Assembly (NCBI GenBank): GCA_017654855.1
Contig: CM030336.1
Coordinates: forward strand, 3,596,001-3,660,000
Direction of reading: 5' to 3'
DNA: 64,000 nucleotides
Source of the DNA: Podospora anserina
Lineage: Eukaryota
The position numbers were made by a program, and so were the translations under genes. Shown here in pieces: positions 12,381-24,311 of the stretch. Each line of letters opens with the position of its first letter. Within the stretch, counting starts at the first letter, position 1. Under the pieces are notes generated by a model. It had not been told where the DNA came from. It made no database searches and saw only the letters and a list, made by a program, of their open reading frames with translations.

Positions 12381-13769
12381 TGAGCATTTACTTCATCACA
12401 CTCGATATCCATTCCACTATTTCACGCCAGTCAGCTGTCCCCTTTCTGTACGGGAACCCGAGACAGTGTCCCAGATGCAGACGGCTTCTCACATACCACT
12501 TGAACTGCTCTCCTGAACACCCAAACCCGCTCCATTCCCGCTCTCACTTTCGTCCATATACTTAGGTGAAGTGTGACAGAAGAGCATCCACGCCGCTCGA
12601 GTCCAGGTTCGTCAAACGTTGGTCCCTCCAGTAGGTTGCCTCCACACATACCAGCCCGCTATACTGCAGCGATATTCCAGCGGACTTCCAGCGCGTTGGT
12701 GCCCCCGCACAACTCGAATGCCCGAACGGCCCTCCACAGCGGCTGGCTCCGCTTTTGACCTCACTGTTAGTGAGCATGGAATTCCATTGGCTGAATTCCA
12801 GTCCCTTCTGGGGACGAGGACTTGGTGGGGCTGTGCCAAGCCCTCCTGTCACCCCTTTCCCTTTCCATGATGGCCTCCTTAATTCTCAGCAACCGCCTCT
12901 GTCGAGTAGGTACTTCGCTCCTGAACCCTACCCTGCGGTTACTCATTCGCCACTCTGATAATTCAGTTCAGGCCTAGGCACCGGATCTCAGGGGGATAGC
13001 TGAGAAGATTGGAGCTCCCAAAACAGAGCCTGTCAAAAACAGTCCAAATGACAGGTGTAGGTTGCTGTGCAGCAGCGGGGCGAGGTTTGCTCCTGGTAGA
13101 CCGGGTAACTCGTGCTGGGCTCTGTGAAAGTTGAGTGGCTTGGGCCAGCGTTGTATTGGAATTGATGCTGTGCCGGGTGTGCTGGCTGTTGGGGGTGCCG
13201 GTTCATCGTAACTTGGGGTGGAGAGGGAATCTGGGCAGGTGTGCTGGTAGAGGTCTGTCAACAACGCTGTTGTCGGGGTAGGATCTTCGTTGGAAGTCGT
13301 TTGGTCGCTGTTGGTTGTTGGCAGTGTGATGGGCAATGTGACTGGGGGCACCGCAGCCGGGAACTTGTTGTCTATCAACGGGTGGAAACTTGTTTTGAGC
13401 AGCTTGTAGATGTTGGTGGAGAGTGTATGTGTTGTGCTGGTGCGGTGATGTTCTGGTTGCTGTGCTGGCCGTCTGACCAACCCCTGAGGGTTCCAGCAAT
13501 GCCGATTTGCGTTCTTGGGCATCATCCCGATCTTCACCGAGGTTCTTACTGGTGATTTCGATGCCCGGTGATGGTGTTAGTGAATGGTGCTGAGATTCGC
13601 TATGGGGTAGGCTGGCGGCTTGTGAGGTGATGTTTTGAGAGGATTTGTTGTGCCAATCCGAAACCCAGCTATCACCAATGGCCTGGGCCGGTTCAGAGGC
13701 ACGAGACACCGTCTGAACCTGACAAAGCAACCTCCGGCGAGAGGTGTCATGCAACTCACTCCCCAGACT

Positions 13770-15322
13770 TGCCGTTATGCAGGTATTGCGGCTTCCCAGC
13801 GCCTCTCCATTAGACATGTCTAAAATTGAGCGAAATTTTACTGAAAGTTCGAAACCACATCCTCTTTCCCTTCCATCAAGGCATAACATTGATCCTAAAA
13901 TTACTCCAAGAACTTGCGTTGATAGGCTATCGAGTCGGCGTGTGAAGGGCCGTTACAGGTTGCCAATCAAGACAGGGATGGTTTTGGTGTCACGATATGC
14001 CGGTACCCGCCTACCCCCATGCATAATGTCGTGAATAGGAGCCGACCAGAGTCACCAAAATGACTCCAGACCAAGATTTCTGAAAAGATGCGTCCCAGGG
14101 ACCAAACATCAGCTTTTGTAGTGAGATTGGGACCGTACATATCAGGCTCCGCTAGTTCCGGTGCGTCGAAGTTCGATCTATCCTTCTTCTTGGCCTGAAT
14201 CATCTGTTTGCGACCGAAGCCAATCATACCGAGGTCGCGAAATTTGAAGCTATACTTCCAGGAAGACTTGTAGCCATTTTCAGCCTTGTTGCTGTAGTAT
14301 TTGGCTTGAGATACTACTATGTTCAACGGGGTCAGATTTCCGTGAATTCCAAGCGAAGTATAAGTGGTAGTTTGGTCGAGAATCAGAAAAAGGTACAGTG
14401 CGTCCACAAGGGTTGACATAGCTTGCCATAGACCATGTATTTCAGAGGGGCTGAAGGGTGGTTTGTTTATGTATTCGGAGAAGAAACCTTCCTAGTGGCC
14501 TTCATCGGGATGCCCAAGTAGCACGTAGCCCCAATGATTTTATTCAAAGGAGCCATAGTACCGAAGGAAGTATTTGGGGAATTCTTACAGTGTGCTTGTG
14601 ACGAATTTTAACATCGATACATTGCTTAGGTATGAGGTAACATCCTGGCATTCTCCTGCTCGGGTCCTTTTGACCAAGACCGTAGTCTGTGAAGAGCAAA
14701 GAATGTCAGCATTGAAGATCAGAATATATTAGGTAGTTTACTGGGCAGTGTTTCACCTACAGCCTCGTGATAGAATTCGCAATCTTCGTTCACAAAGTAT
14801 TTCTGATAGATGGCGCTGTTTGTTCTCCGCGAAGACCGGTCCAGGTTGCCATGGAACTACACATCTTGGCATCAGACTGAGGTTGTGTATTATTCCCAGC
14901 CTTGCAGGCTTGAACATGTACTGATACTTATAGAAGATATCCCGAGTGTTGATTCCAGCTGTCTCCAGAATGAAGATGCTCTCACTTTCCTCGTATTTCG
15001 AGCAGTTGACATCAAGTGGGTTGATACGATCATCGATATTCAGGTTCATGAACCCAGAAATACAGTTGACCATACAGACTTCTAGCGTGGTAGAATACAC
15101 CAGAATGGAAAAGATACGGAGGATGCGTTTTTGAATCGCATCGAGGTTGTATCGTTGCACATTGCATGAATCGAGAACGTTGCCAACTCGCTTGATATTC
15201 CAATAGCCTTGGAGTTTAGGGAAGGGGACATATTCCGCAGTGCTAAAATCATCGATGCCATGTGTTAGAATCGAGGGTATGATGTTTTTGAAGGTGATAA
15301 TGGGACCCATGTGGTATGCCAT
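13770..15322 (-). pseudogene. Protein kinase pseudogene (or degenerate pseudokinase), paralog of the kinase-vWA gene at 40893-44276; intron 14760-14687; 3' boundary uncertain
   Basis: The N-terminal domain aligns by eye with the 40893 gene (YVPFPKLQGYW/YIPYQALEKYW; ILRIFSILV/FLRIFSNLV; QYMFKP/QFMFNP; RCVVPW/RCIVPW). Kinase blocks: YFLRYYGSFE*NHWGYVLL, GIHGNLTPLNI, ADVWSLGRIFSEILVW, SMLCLDGRER. In-frame stops at 14540-14542 and 14492-14494, plus frameshifts. Confidence 0.8.
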
Positions 15323-16146
15323 TCTGATTCTTGTGCTGAAGGATAAAGCCTCGCAGCCGCACTTCGTGATGCGGTCAGGATCGCTTAGATTGAAATGCTA
15401 ACAGCGGAGTGTAGGAATGCAGCTTTCTGGCTGAGAAAGGCCAACTGAGGCTGGCTCGTGGTGAATTTGGAAGTCGTTGTCTTTCTCTTTCAGTGGAGCC
15501 GAGATTATTGTTGCAGAGAAGAAAGGGAAAAGTGCTCGACGAGGTTGTGGTCTGCGGGGAATGCTATTTGAACTCTAAGCACCACGCTTTCTCCCGAAAG
15601 CTACCTTAGGTACCTGTCATCTTCCCCGCTTACCGGAGGTGGTAAGGTGGTACAACAGGTATGCCCGAGCCTGATCTTAGTTTCTTCACAGACAACATGA
15701 TGTCTTTGGTGATACGGTGTGGATGGTACAGAAGATATTGCAGAACAAGGGAAAACTCGGCTGAGAGAGTAGGTAACAGAACCCTTATTTGCTTTTGATG
15801 GTTGTCTGGCATCATACTATGCACCCACTATCTTAAATTTCCTTCAGTAGAACCTACGAACCCCTCCTCTGTTAAACCGAGCTCAGCTCCAATGCAGAAT
15901 AATTAGGTATGTAGCTGCCTTCTTCGGTATCTTACACATTCACCTTGAGCGCAAGAACAAAGCACAAAAATACCTGGATTAATGCTTACACTCTTAATCA
16001 ATGCTGCTAAAATATACAAAGATACATATGCCCCATAATGCAAATACTTCTATGGAGGTACACAATAAGAAATCCACCCAAACTTCAGGAAACAACCAGC
16101 AATATCCAAAACAAAGAAGAAACTTCAAAATGAAAAATCTGATCAG

Positions 16147-19100
16147 TTATTCACTATCCCCCAACCCTGACTCCCCACCCCCCTCGACATCATCCACACT
16201 CTCCAAACTCATCCTCGAGTCCCAGCTCCTCCTACCCCTCTCACCTCTCACTGTCGTAGCAGGGCTTGAAGACCGGCTCCTGTTAGTATTCCCAAAAGAA
16301 ACGATTTGCCCGTTGCCAACCCTAATTCCTGCTGCTGCTCTTGGTGGCGAAGTCGACAGTGGTGACGGCGTTCCCCTGCCTGTCCCACTCACAGCCCGAT
16401 ATCGTGAAACACTTCCTCGTGAGCTGCTTGGAAGTGTAGGCGGCGGGGGGAAAGATGAGTTAGGCACTGGCATGACCAGAGCAGGGGAATTCCTTGGGAT
16501 GGTAGGCGTAGCTGTCGTCAACTTTGGCGACGTAGAAGGAGTGGGCGAAGAGGCAACACTCAAATTTGACCGCCGAGGCGAGCCTTGTGGTCGAGAAGGG
16601 AGGTTGATGGAGGGATAGGAGAGTGACATCCTGTCATTAACGTGGTCCACCTCAGTCTCCCACCTTCTCACATTGATTGGTGGCGGTGGTCGAAAAGGCG
16701 AGGTGGTGTGCGCCGGGCTTGAGTTTGCTGATCGGGTACCCCTGTCTCCACTTCCCCTGAATATGGGTGCTGGCGGTCGGGCAATTGCTCGTTCTTGAGC
16801 GGGGGCTGACTTTGATAGGGAGGAGCGTGGTGAACTTGACGGCGAAAGCAGTTTCTTCACCGTTGCCGCTGTCCAGGTCTTGGAGTCGGACAGCATTTTG
16901 CTGAGACCTGTGGAGAAATCCGACCCTAAGGCCTCGGAGTCGGGGGCTGGTGTCTTTTGGGCTTGTGGGAGGGAATAACTGTTGCGGCCCAGGAGAGTTA
17001 ATGTTTTGGGTCGAGATGGGGCTGGGTCAGGAGGCGGGACGACAGACGGTGGAGGTGGTGTGGAGAGCTTGATCTTGTTGAGGGACTGCTCAGCGTCGCT
17101 TCTGGCTGTGAGATAGTCGCTTCTGGGGATGGGACATCGTGACTGGGATGGACCACGTCTGGTTAGGAGGGAAGCCCGGGCGACTTCGTTGGTGAGCGCT
17201 ACGCGTGCATTGGCGAGGACGGTTTTGTCGCGCCAGGAACTTGGCCTAGCATGGTCCTCAAAAGAGGGATTCTTGGTTTTCGCAAAGAAGCCGGCGGCAT
17301 CGACGGTTGTTGTGGTTGAAGGCATGATGGTGGGAAACGGCGGGACCACTGTTGCTCTGTCCTCTTCGTCGCTGCTCGTTGGGTCCGGAAGGTTTATTTC
17401 TGGCATGTCGGGCATGGAAGCCATGCTGGGGTATGGCGCCCCTTGATCTTCGTCGTCTTCCTCCAGCAGTTGGGTAACGGGAAATTCCATGGGGTTCATC
17501 TCCTCGAATCCAGGGCTTCGCAACTCAGCTTCCCAGCTGTTCTGGCTCTCACCACTCTGGATAGTCCCGTCGCTCTGCGACTCTGTCCCACTGCCATACC
17601 GGACGCGGTCGAAGACGCTGACAGGCTCCTCGTCATCGTCGTCCTCCGAGGCATGCTCACCACTCCGAACATTCACCTGCTCAATCTGCCAACGAATCCT
17701 TGCCAGCCTCTCTTCCAACTGTCCCCTTGCCTTGTCCATCCCATTCGGTTTTGGATATCTCCGGCTCTTCTCAAACCTCTTGACATTCTTCAACAGCTTC
17801 TCGCCATGGACGCAATACCTCCGATAGTCATCCGGCAGCCTCCCAATCTTTCTCCTCCTTCCCCCATCAAACCCACCGTGCCCCTCGTACCCGCAGTTAA
17901 TCCTCCAGTCAGCCTCATCATAACTCTTACACCAGATCGCTGTAGACCTCTCCAGCCAAAAATGCGCCTCCCTCCTCTGATGCAAGCTCTCCATAAAGAA
18001 AGCCTGAACCACGCTGTGAATCCTGAGAATGTCCAAACTTGGCTCACCACTACCACTCTGCCGCGAGGAGCTTCTTCCCCCCGTACTTCCCCCCGAACTC
18101 TCCACATAGAACTCCCCCGCAACCTCATTCCTCTCCACCAACCCAAACGCAATCAGCACCCTCATCGTATTCCCCAAACTCGGCGCACCCCCCCTCACCC
18201 TATCCCTCGTCTTCACCGGCGTAACCTTATCCCCCAACGCCCCCATCCCAATCCCCAACCCCACCATCTCCACCGGAACATGCTGATCCCAAAAACACAA
18301 CAAACTAATCAAATTCAAGCTCGCGTTCTCCCCTCTCGTCTCCAACTGCCTCACCACCGCCTGGTAAGCCTGCAACCCCCCCAGCCCATTCCTCCCGCTC
18401 TTGAAACTAGCCAGGTACCGCCCCAACGGCTCTCTCGTAGCCTTGATATGCTGCGCCGCTACGTGAATCATCAGCGGCAGCCTTCCCATGGCATTCACCA
18501 ACTCCAACCCCAAAGCCAACTCCTCCTGGCTAAAAGGCGGTTTGCGTTCCATTTCCAAAAGCAGCAGCTCCCTCGCCTGATTAGGCGTCAACAACCCCAG
18601 GTGAATAACCTGCGGATTATCCCACCTCGGCTCTGACGCCACCGCTCTTTCAGTGCTAGTATAAATCAACGAGGTGTTCCTCCCGTCAGGTATGAAATCC
18701 CCCAGCCCGTCCATATCGAACTGGACACCGTCAAAGACCATCAGCCAGTCACGTCTGTTTGACAGCCAGGCCTTGACTGCCGAGACAACCTCCCTTGTAG
18801 TTGTATTCAGGGAGACAAGGGAGTTAGTCTTGGCTATCCGCCAAAACATCTGTTCAATCTCTTGCTTTGATTTGGCGCGTATCCAGAAGATGCCACCGGG
18901 GTAGTCGAGGAGGTGGGTAAAGACATATTGGCGGGCGAGGTGGGTTTTGCCTCCGCCGGGGAGGCACGAGATGAGGACAGCGGAGGTTCCCTCTGAGCGG
19001 CGTTTCCGGTCTTGGAGCATCTCGTGGAGGCCGCGGAGCTCATCGGTGCGGCCGAGGAAGAAGCTGTTGGGGCGGAAGGGGTCGGGGTGAATGAAGAGGG

Positions 19101-20680
19101 GTTCCTCCGAGGGTGGTAGTTGCTGAGGAGGTAAGGGTTGGGTTGGTGTAATAGCTGATGTTGGTGATGACGGTTCGGGTTCGTGGTCGTGGTCGGAGTG
19201 GATGGACTCGATCATCACGGCTGGGGAGGAAGACAAGGAGGTTATCGACTCGACGAGGGAGGGTCGGGGGCGGTGACGGAGGGAGACTAGTTCATTATTG
19301 TTGCCTGCTTTAGAGGCAGAAAACTATCAGCCGTTACTCAACACTTGATGATGAAACCAAAAGACACTTCTCCTGTCCCCTTTTGTTCGGACCCTAGCAA
19401 CGTTCAGGGGTCATATGGATAAGCAACTGCCGTCCACAAACACAACCACACTCGGACGGACCAGGCGATGACCTACTAATTCCCTGCTGATGCGCACCCG
19501 AAGCCAGCATACTTTCCTGTCGAAACCGTCAGTACATCTGATGGACACAAGGGCACAGCAGAAAACTCACATAAGTCCTCGCCCTCTCAAAATTCTCCAA
19601 GCTCGCCCTCAACTGCCTATCCTTCTCCTCCAACAACCACCTCGGCGGAATCAAATTCACCCCATCCGCCACCCACTGCCTTAAAGTCGTGCTCACATTC
19701 CTCCACCCCGGCGCATTCTCCCCCTCAAACTTGCACATCCCCGAATGGTCCTTCTCAATCCCATAATACGTCACCCCCGGCAGCTGAGGCCCCGCGCTCG
19801 CAGCATCAACAACCAAGATCTTGCTCCCCTTGACATCACTAGTATGCCCCTCATGCACCATCTGGATCCTAAACCGTTGATACACATCCAAAAAATGGGA
19901 ATTAATCTCCTGCAACCCCTCGTTATCCTTCTTCAGCGCCTTGAGCAGCACACTCTGCGTTTCAAACAACTTTCTCGGGATCGCCACCTCGCTCATCGCC
20001 TGGAGAACCCGTCCCCATATTGCGATGTCGGAGCCGTTATGTGGTGTCCCCAGGAAGATGATACCGTATGTGCTGACAAAAACGGATCTGAAATCCTCCT
20101 GGTGATGGGCTCTCACATCATTGGAGTAGAGCAACGCCCTCTTGACCAGTATGCCCCCTAGACTATGGGCAACCCAGATGATGGGGTTACGTTCCGTCCC
20201 GTCGGCCTTGCGGTGGTGAGTCAAAGAGGTGATGAGTGACTGAGCGTGCTGGTGGATGAAGTTATCTGACGGGGATCGGTTAGGCGTTTTGCGGGAGGAG
20301 TACACATCGGCGTTGTACCCATAGACGAGGATATTCGCATGTTGGTCTTTGAGTGCGGCAGGCAAGAGGTCGACGGGCCAGTAGACGCCGTTTTCGCGCG
20401 AGGTCCAAGTCTTGAGGGGGTCGCCGTTGAGGCCGTGGACGAGGACGATGTCTGCTTTTGCGAGGGGGTGGGCGTAGACAGTTGTGAACTCGTAGCGGGA
20501 GGGGGGCAGGGTGATTTTGCCTTCGAGTTGGTCCTAAATGGTGGTTAGTGACGGGTTGAAAGGGGTCTTTGTTGAGAACGGCCCCGGTGCGTGAGACTGG
20601 TGTGGTCTACCCGTCCGCGCCGCTTGTCGACAACACTGAAGACGGGATAGAACATGATGATATATGTAAGCACTCACCAT
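16147..20680 (-). CDS. NLR-like STAND protein: N-terminal alpha/beta-hydrolase (SesB/LipA-like) + NB-ARC + long Pro/Ser-rich tail; ATG-only first exon, intron 20677-20534, further introns and a mini-exon in 19570-19305
   Basis: DIVLVHGLNGDP, IIWVAHSLGGILVK (nucleophile elbow), GIIFLGTPHNGS and DHSGMCKF; NB-ARC FFLGRTDEL, P-loop CLPGGGKTHLA, Walker B WLMVFDGV, MGRLPLMI, LRIHSVVQ. The exact structure of the 19305-19570 junction is uncertain. Confidence 0.85.
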
Positions 20681-22382
20681 TCTTTCTTGCTTTTTGTGGA
20701 GAGCCGTTCAACGGACAGGAATGAGATGAAAAAAAAGTGAGAGTTGACCATTAGTTCCTCCTTGGCATCCACGACGACAAGGAGAAAACTACTGGGTGTG
20801 AAAGCCGTGATCAAAGCGAATGAGTGAAAGAAAGTCTTATACCACGAGTTTGCCTAGTTACTATGCAACAAGCCACCAGCAAAAAAAGGCGACCAAGGCT
20901 CAGTCTTGTATAGAAACCACTACCAATCCGGTTTTCCAGATCATCAGAAACATAGACACAATAGTCGGTCGTGTGCGACATGATTCAGTCTTTACTTACA
21001 CGCCCGCTCATCTTCGGGCGAGAAGTAGGATGGAAAAGCAGCACATCACCCATCACAGTCATCAGCGGACCTCAACACACGAGCGCCTACAGTGCCCATT
21101 GTTTTGCCCCATTGAGGCAGCTGGGCAAGACAAAATGCGACGGAGCAAGGTTGGAAAAAGAGTGCAACTGTCACGAGCCCAGGTGGTTTGAGTGACCATC
21201 TGGCAGTGACCACCTGAGCATGTGCAGTGGTTGGTTGGAGTAAGTAGTTGGGGTAGCGTTCAACCTGTTTCATTTGACCGGCACAGAAACAACTCGACCA
21301 AAGGGACCTTGAAGGAACGGTCCGTCGGCTGTTGGTTCAAGATTGTTGCAGTTTGAGTGTATGCCATTGGCTTTGTCTTGCTCGAGTCCGTGATGTATCT
21401 GTGACCTGAAGCCTTCTCAGAAGTTTGCGAGGTACTGCGCACAAGCACACATCCCAAGGCTGTCAGGCTCAAGGCTGTGTGCCACATTCGGGACCGGTCC
21501 CCGCCTTGGCTTTCTGTGACTTTTGAGTGACCGGCAGTTGAGCGCATGGGGGTGGGTTGCATCTGGGGCTGGGCTGCCTATCAAAGATGACTTGTTCAGA
21601 TGCGAGTGTTGCGCGTGGCGGGCAAAGGCTAACGTCAGACTTGTGGAACATGACGGTTTGTATAAACGACAATACTTCAAAAACCTGACATTGAGAAAGC
21701 TAATAGTGCGAGCAAGAAAACGCACGTAAAAAGCATGGAATACTGTCTCGGGAAGTCTGTCCGCGAATCGAGTTCCGTTAGGGACATCGAATTCGCCAGG
21801 TCTGGTCGTTTTTAAACAAAAGATAGACTTCTTGCTAGCTGGCGAGAGTGACCCTGATGGGAGAACTAATGGCCGTTAAATTGGAGAAGGATAGACTCTG
21901 AACGGTAGCCCTTGTCTAGCTGGGACGAGGCAGGGTGACACCAAGGGCTTGAGGGTGCTGTTCTGCTCTACCAGCGTCCCATGGAGAACTGCATGTTCGG
22001 CCGTTCCTGGTGATGACTATCACATATGGGCGCTCCAGCTGACCCTGGAGAAAACCGGCCGTATTGATGAGAGGATACAACTACGAGCAGGGAATGCTCA
22101 AAGGTGCCATGCAGTCGGACAATAGTTGACAAGCAACGTTCGGTACAACCTCTAGAATGTTCATGTGGGACAACGCCAGCTGCGCTAAACTCTAATTCGA
22201 GAACAGTGAGCTTGTCAGATCAACAGGTGGGGTGTGAACAGAGACCGCGCTTGTGGCGCAAACCACGATACGAGTAATTGTAAGACAACTGGACGTGGTG
22301 AGGTTACCACGGGCTTCTTCGGCTCGAGATGACCCCCACGATCTTGGGTGTCAAACTGTCTGGGTGGTGCAATCGATGGTCG

Positions 22383-23393
22383 TTATGCCCTTGGCGCAAG
22401 CATGAGGACGTATTCCCTGGTGCTGGAGCCGAACTGAACCATGTCCTTATTCCGTAGCTCCAAATAGCGACTCTCTGGGACCTTGTCGCCGTTGAGCATG
22501 GTACCATTGGCGCTCTCGAGGTCTATCAGGTATGGTTTCACCCGGCCAATCTTGTCGCCAAACTCGTTCCGCTTCTCGGCGTATCGGAACTGAATAACGG
22601 CATGCTGCTTGCTGATGCTTGGATGTTCGGCAAGAAGATCGACGACGGCTTGCTCCCTCCCAACTAGCCAGCAGCTGCGACTGCCAAGATCGATAGTATC
22701 AACAATGTCTTCGCCCTTGAAAACAAACAGCTTCCACTCGTCGCGTGGTGAAGGTTTCCGTGCCTCTGCTGGTTCATGGTATTTTAGGGTGATTGTCGTT
22801 CCGTCCGCTTGGGTCACCGAGTTGGAAGCAGCAGCCAGGGCGCCCGAGTTGCCAAAGTTGGGCTTTTCCTTGGGCTTCTCAGGCTCGCCGCCGTTACTGA
22901 CTGCAAAAGAGTCATCCTGGGAGGGCAAGGGGCCACGATGTTTGACAAGATTTCGCTGGCTATCCGACCTTGCCTCGCGCGGTGGGCTCGGCCGTGAGGG
23001 TGAATGTCGACCCTCTGAACTACGATGGCGCCTCCGACGGTCTCTGCCGCCATTATCCGAGTCGCCATCGTCGCGTCGCTTCCTGCTGTCTCGTTCCGCA
23101 CTCCTGTCCCTGTGGCTGCGGTGATCTCGGTCCCGATCTCTGTGGCCGTCCCTTTCCCTTCTCCTTTCCCTGTCTCTATCTCTGTCTCTTGAGCGATCCC
23201 GACCTGTTGGCGACCTTGAGCGCTGTCTATGTCCGCGCTCGCGAGATCGTGTTCGGTAGCTGCTGCCTCTCTCTGTGTCTTCTTCCCGATGCTTTCTTTT
23301 GCGGTCTTCGGCGCCGTCTCTTGGCTCCCTGTTCCTGTCGTGCTTTGTCGAACGCGACCTGTGGCTGTCTTGTCTTGGAGAGCGATCGCCCAT
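22383..23393 (-). CDS. PML1: FHA-domain RES complex subunit Pml1/SNIP1
   Basis: RS/RD-rich N-terminus; KEKPNFGNSGALAA, LKYHEPAEARKP, HPSISKQHAVIQFR, PYLIDLESANGT, FGSSTREYVL. Confidence 0.93.
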   Translation of the reverse strand: MGDRSPRQDSHRSRSTKHDRNREPRDGAEDRKRKHREEDTERGSSYRTRSRERGHRQRSRSPTGRDRSRDRDRDRERRRERDGHRDRDRDHRSHRDRSAERDSRKRRDDGDSDNGGRDRRRRHRSSEGRHSPSRPSPPREARSDSQRNLVKHRGPLPSQDDSFAVSNGGEPEKPKEKPNFGNSGALAAASNSVTQADGTTITLKYHEPAEARKPSPRDEWKLFVFKGEDIVDTIDLGSRSCWLVGREQAVVDLLAEHPSISKQHAVIQFRYAEKRNEFGDKIGRVKPYLIDLESANGTMLNGDKVPESRYLELRNKDMVQFGSSTREYVLMLAPRA

Positions 23394-24311
23394 TGTTACT
23401 GATTTTGAACCCTAACCCGGAAAAGTCGAAATGAATGGTTTTTCTGTGTGTTGACTCAAAGGACAGGTTCAAAGGGTCGATAACAGCAATTGCTGGAGGT
23501 GAATGCGAGACGCCTTTCATTCAGTGGGGCTTCCAGCAGCCAGCTCGCAGGGGGCCCGCAGCCTGGGCGTTGTGGGGGCAGCCTGTGCAGGGGCCTTCCA
23601 AAAGGCAGCCCACGCTCACAGAGGGATCACCGAATGACTCCAGCCTTACATAATCCGTCTCTGGCCCACCTGGCTGGAGCCTAGCTGCTCTTGGTCTCTC
23701 CCACCTTCCGACTGCTCACTGTTCACTGCTCACTGCTGGCTGTTGTTCGCCTGACCACTGCCAACTCCACCCTCTGTCATCAGCCCGACCCTCGGATGCC
23801 TCATAGCATCACATCCTCTTGCTCTTTCTGTCCTCTTCAACCATAAACCACATTCTCAGTGCCCTGCACCTGTCATTTTAGCTCCCGGTTGCCCAGCACC
23901 CTCCGAACCAAGGAACCCGCGCATACTCTCGGTCGCTAGTGACGAGTAACAAGCCCAGCAGCCAGCCAGTCACCCACCGGCCGCCGTGTCTTCGATCCGT
24001 TCTACATACGGTGCTATTGTTATCAAATCAAGAACAACGGGAGACATTTCTCTCGTCTGATTACCCACCGCTCTTATAAGCCATCGTTTCCCGTCATCCT
24101 CCCGCTCTCCCATCGACCTTCTTCGCCTCGGGTGGCGTTACCGACACTGCCCCATCCTCTTATATAAGCCGGCACCATTCCCGCCACAAGAAAGCGGAAA
24201 GCCGCTGAGGCGACGATCTCCTCTGGAAATATCACGGCTCCTAACAAGAGGGTTCTCGCTTCAGCTGGCCCAGATACCGCTCCTCCCACTCCCGTCACCA
24301 CCTCCTCCAAC

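Noticed and set aside
11901-14542. Premature stops as A-to-I editing-corrected codons
   Set aside because: Both loci also have TAA stops and frameshifts, which editing of single UAG codons would not repair; pseudogenisation is the simpler explanation.
825-20680. Amyloid signalling motif (HET-s/PP/sigma type) near the HeLo-like or hydrolase-NLR genes
   Set aside because: No G/N/Q-rich pseudo-repeat motif was found at the termini of either protein.
22009-22075. Possible C/D-box snoRNA (GTGATGA..CTGA..TGATGA)
   Set aside because: There is no terminal D box at a suitable distance, no terminal stem and no recognisable rRNA-complementary guide.
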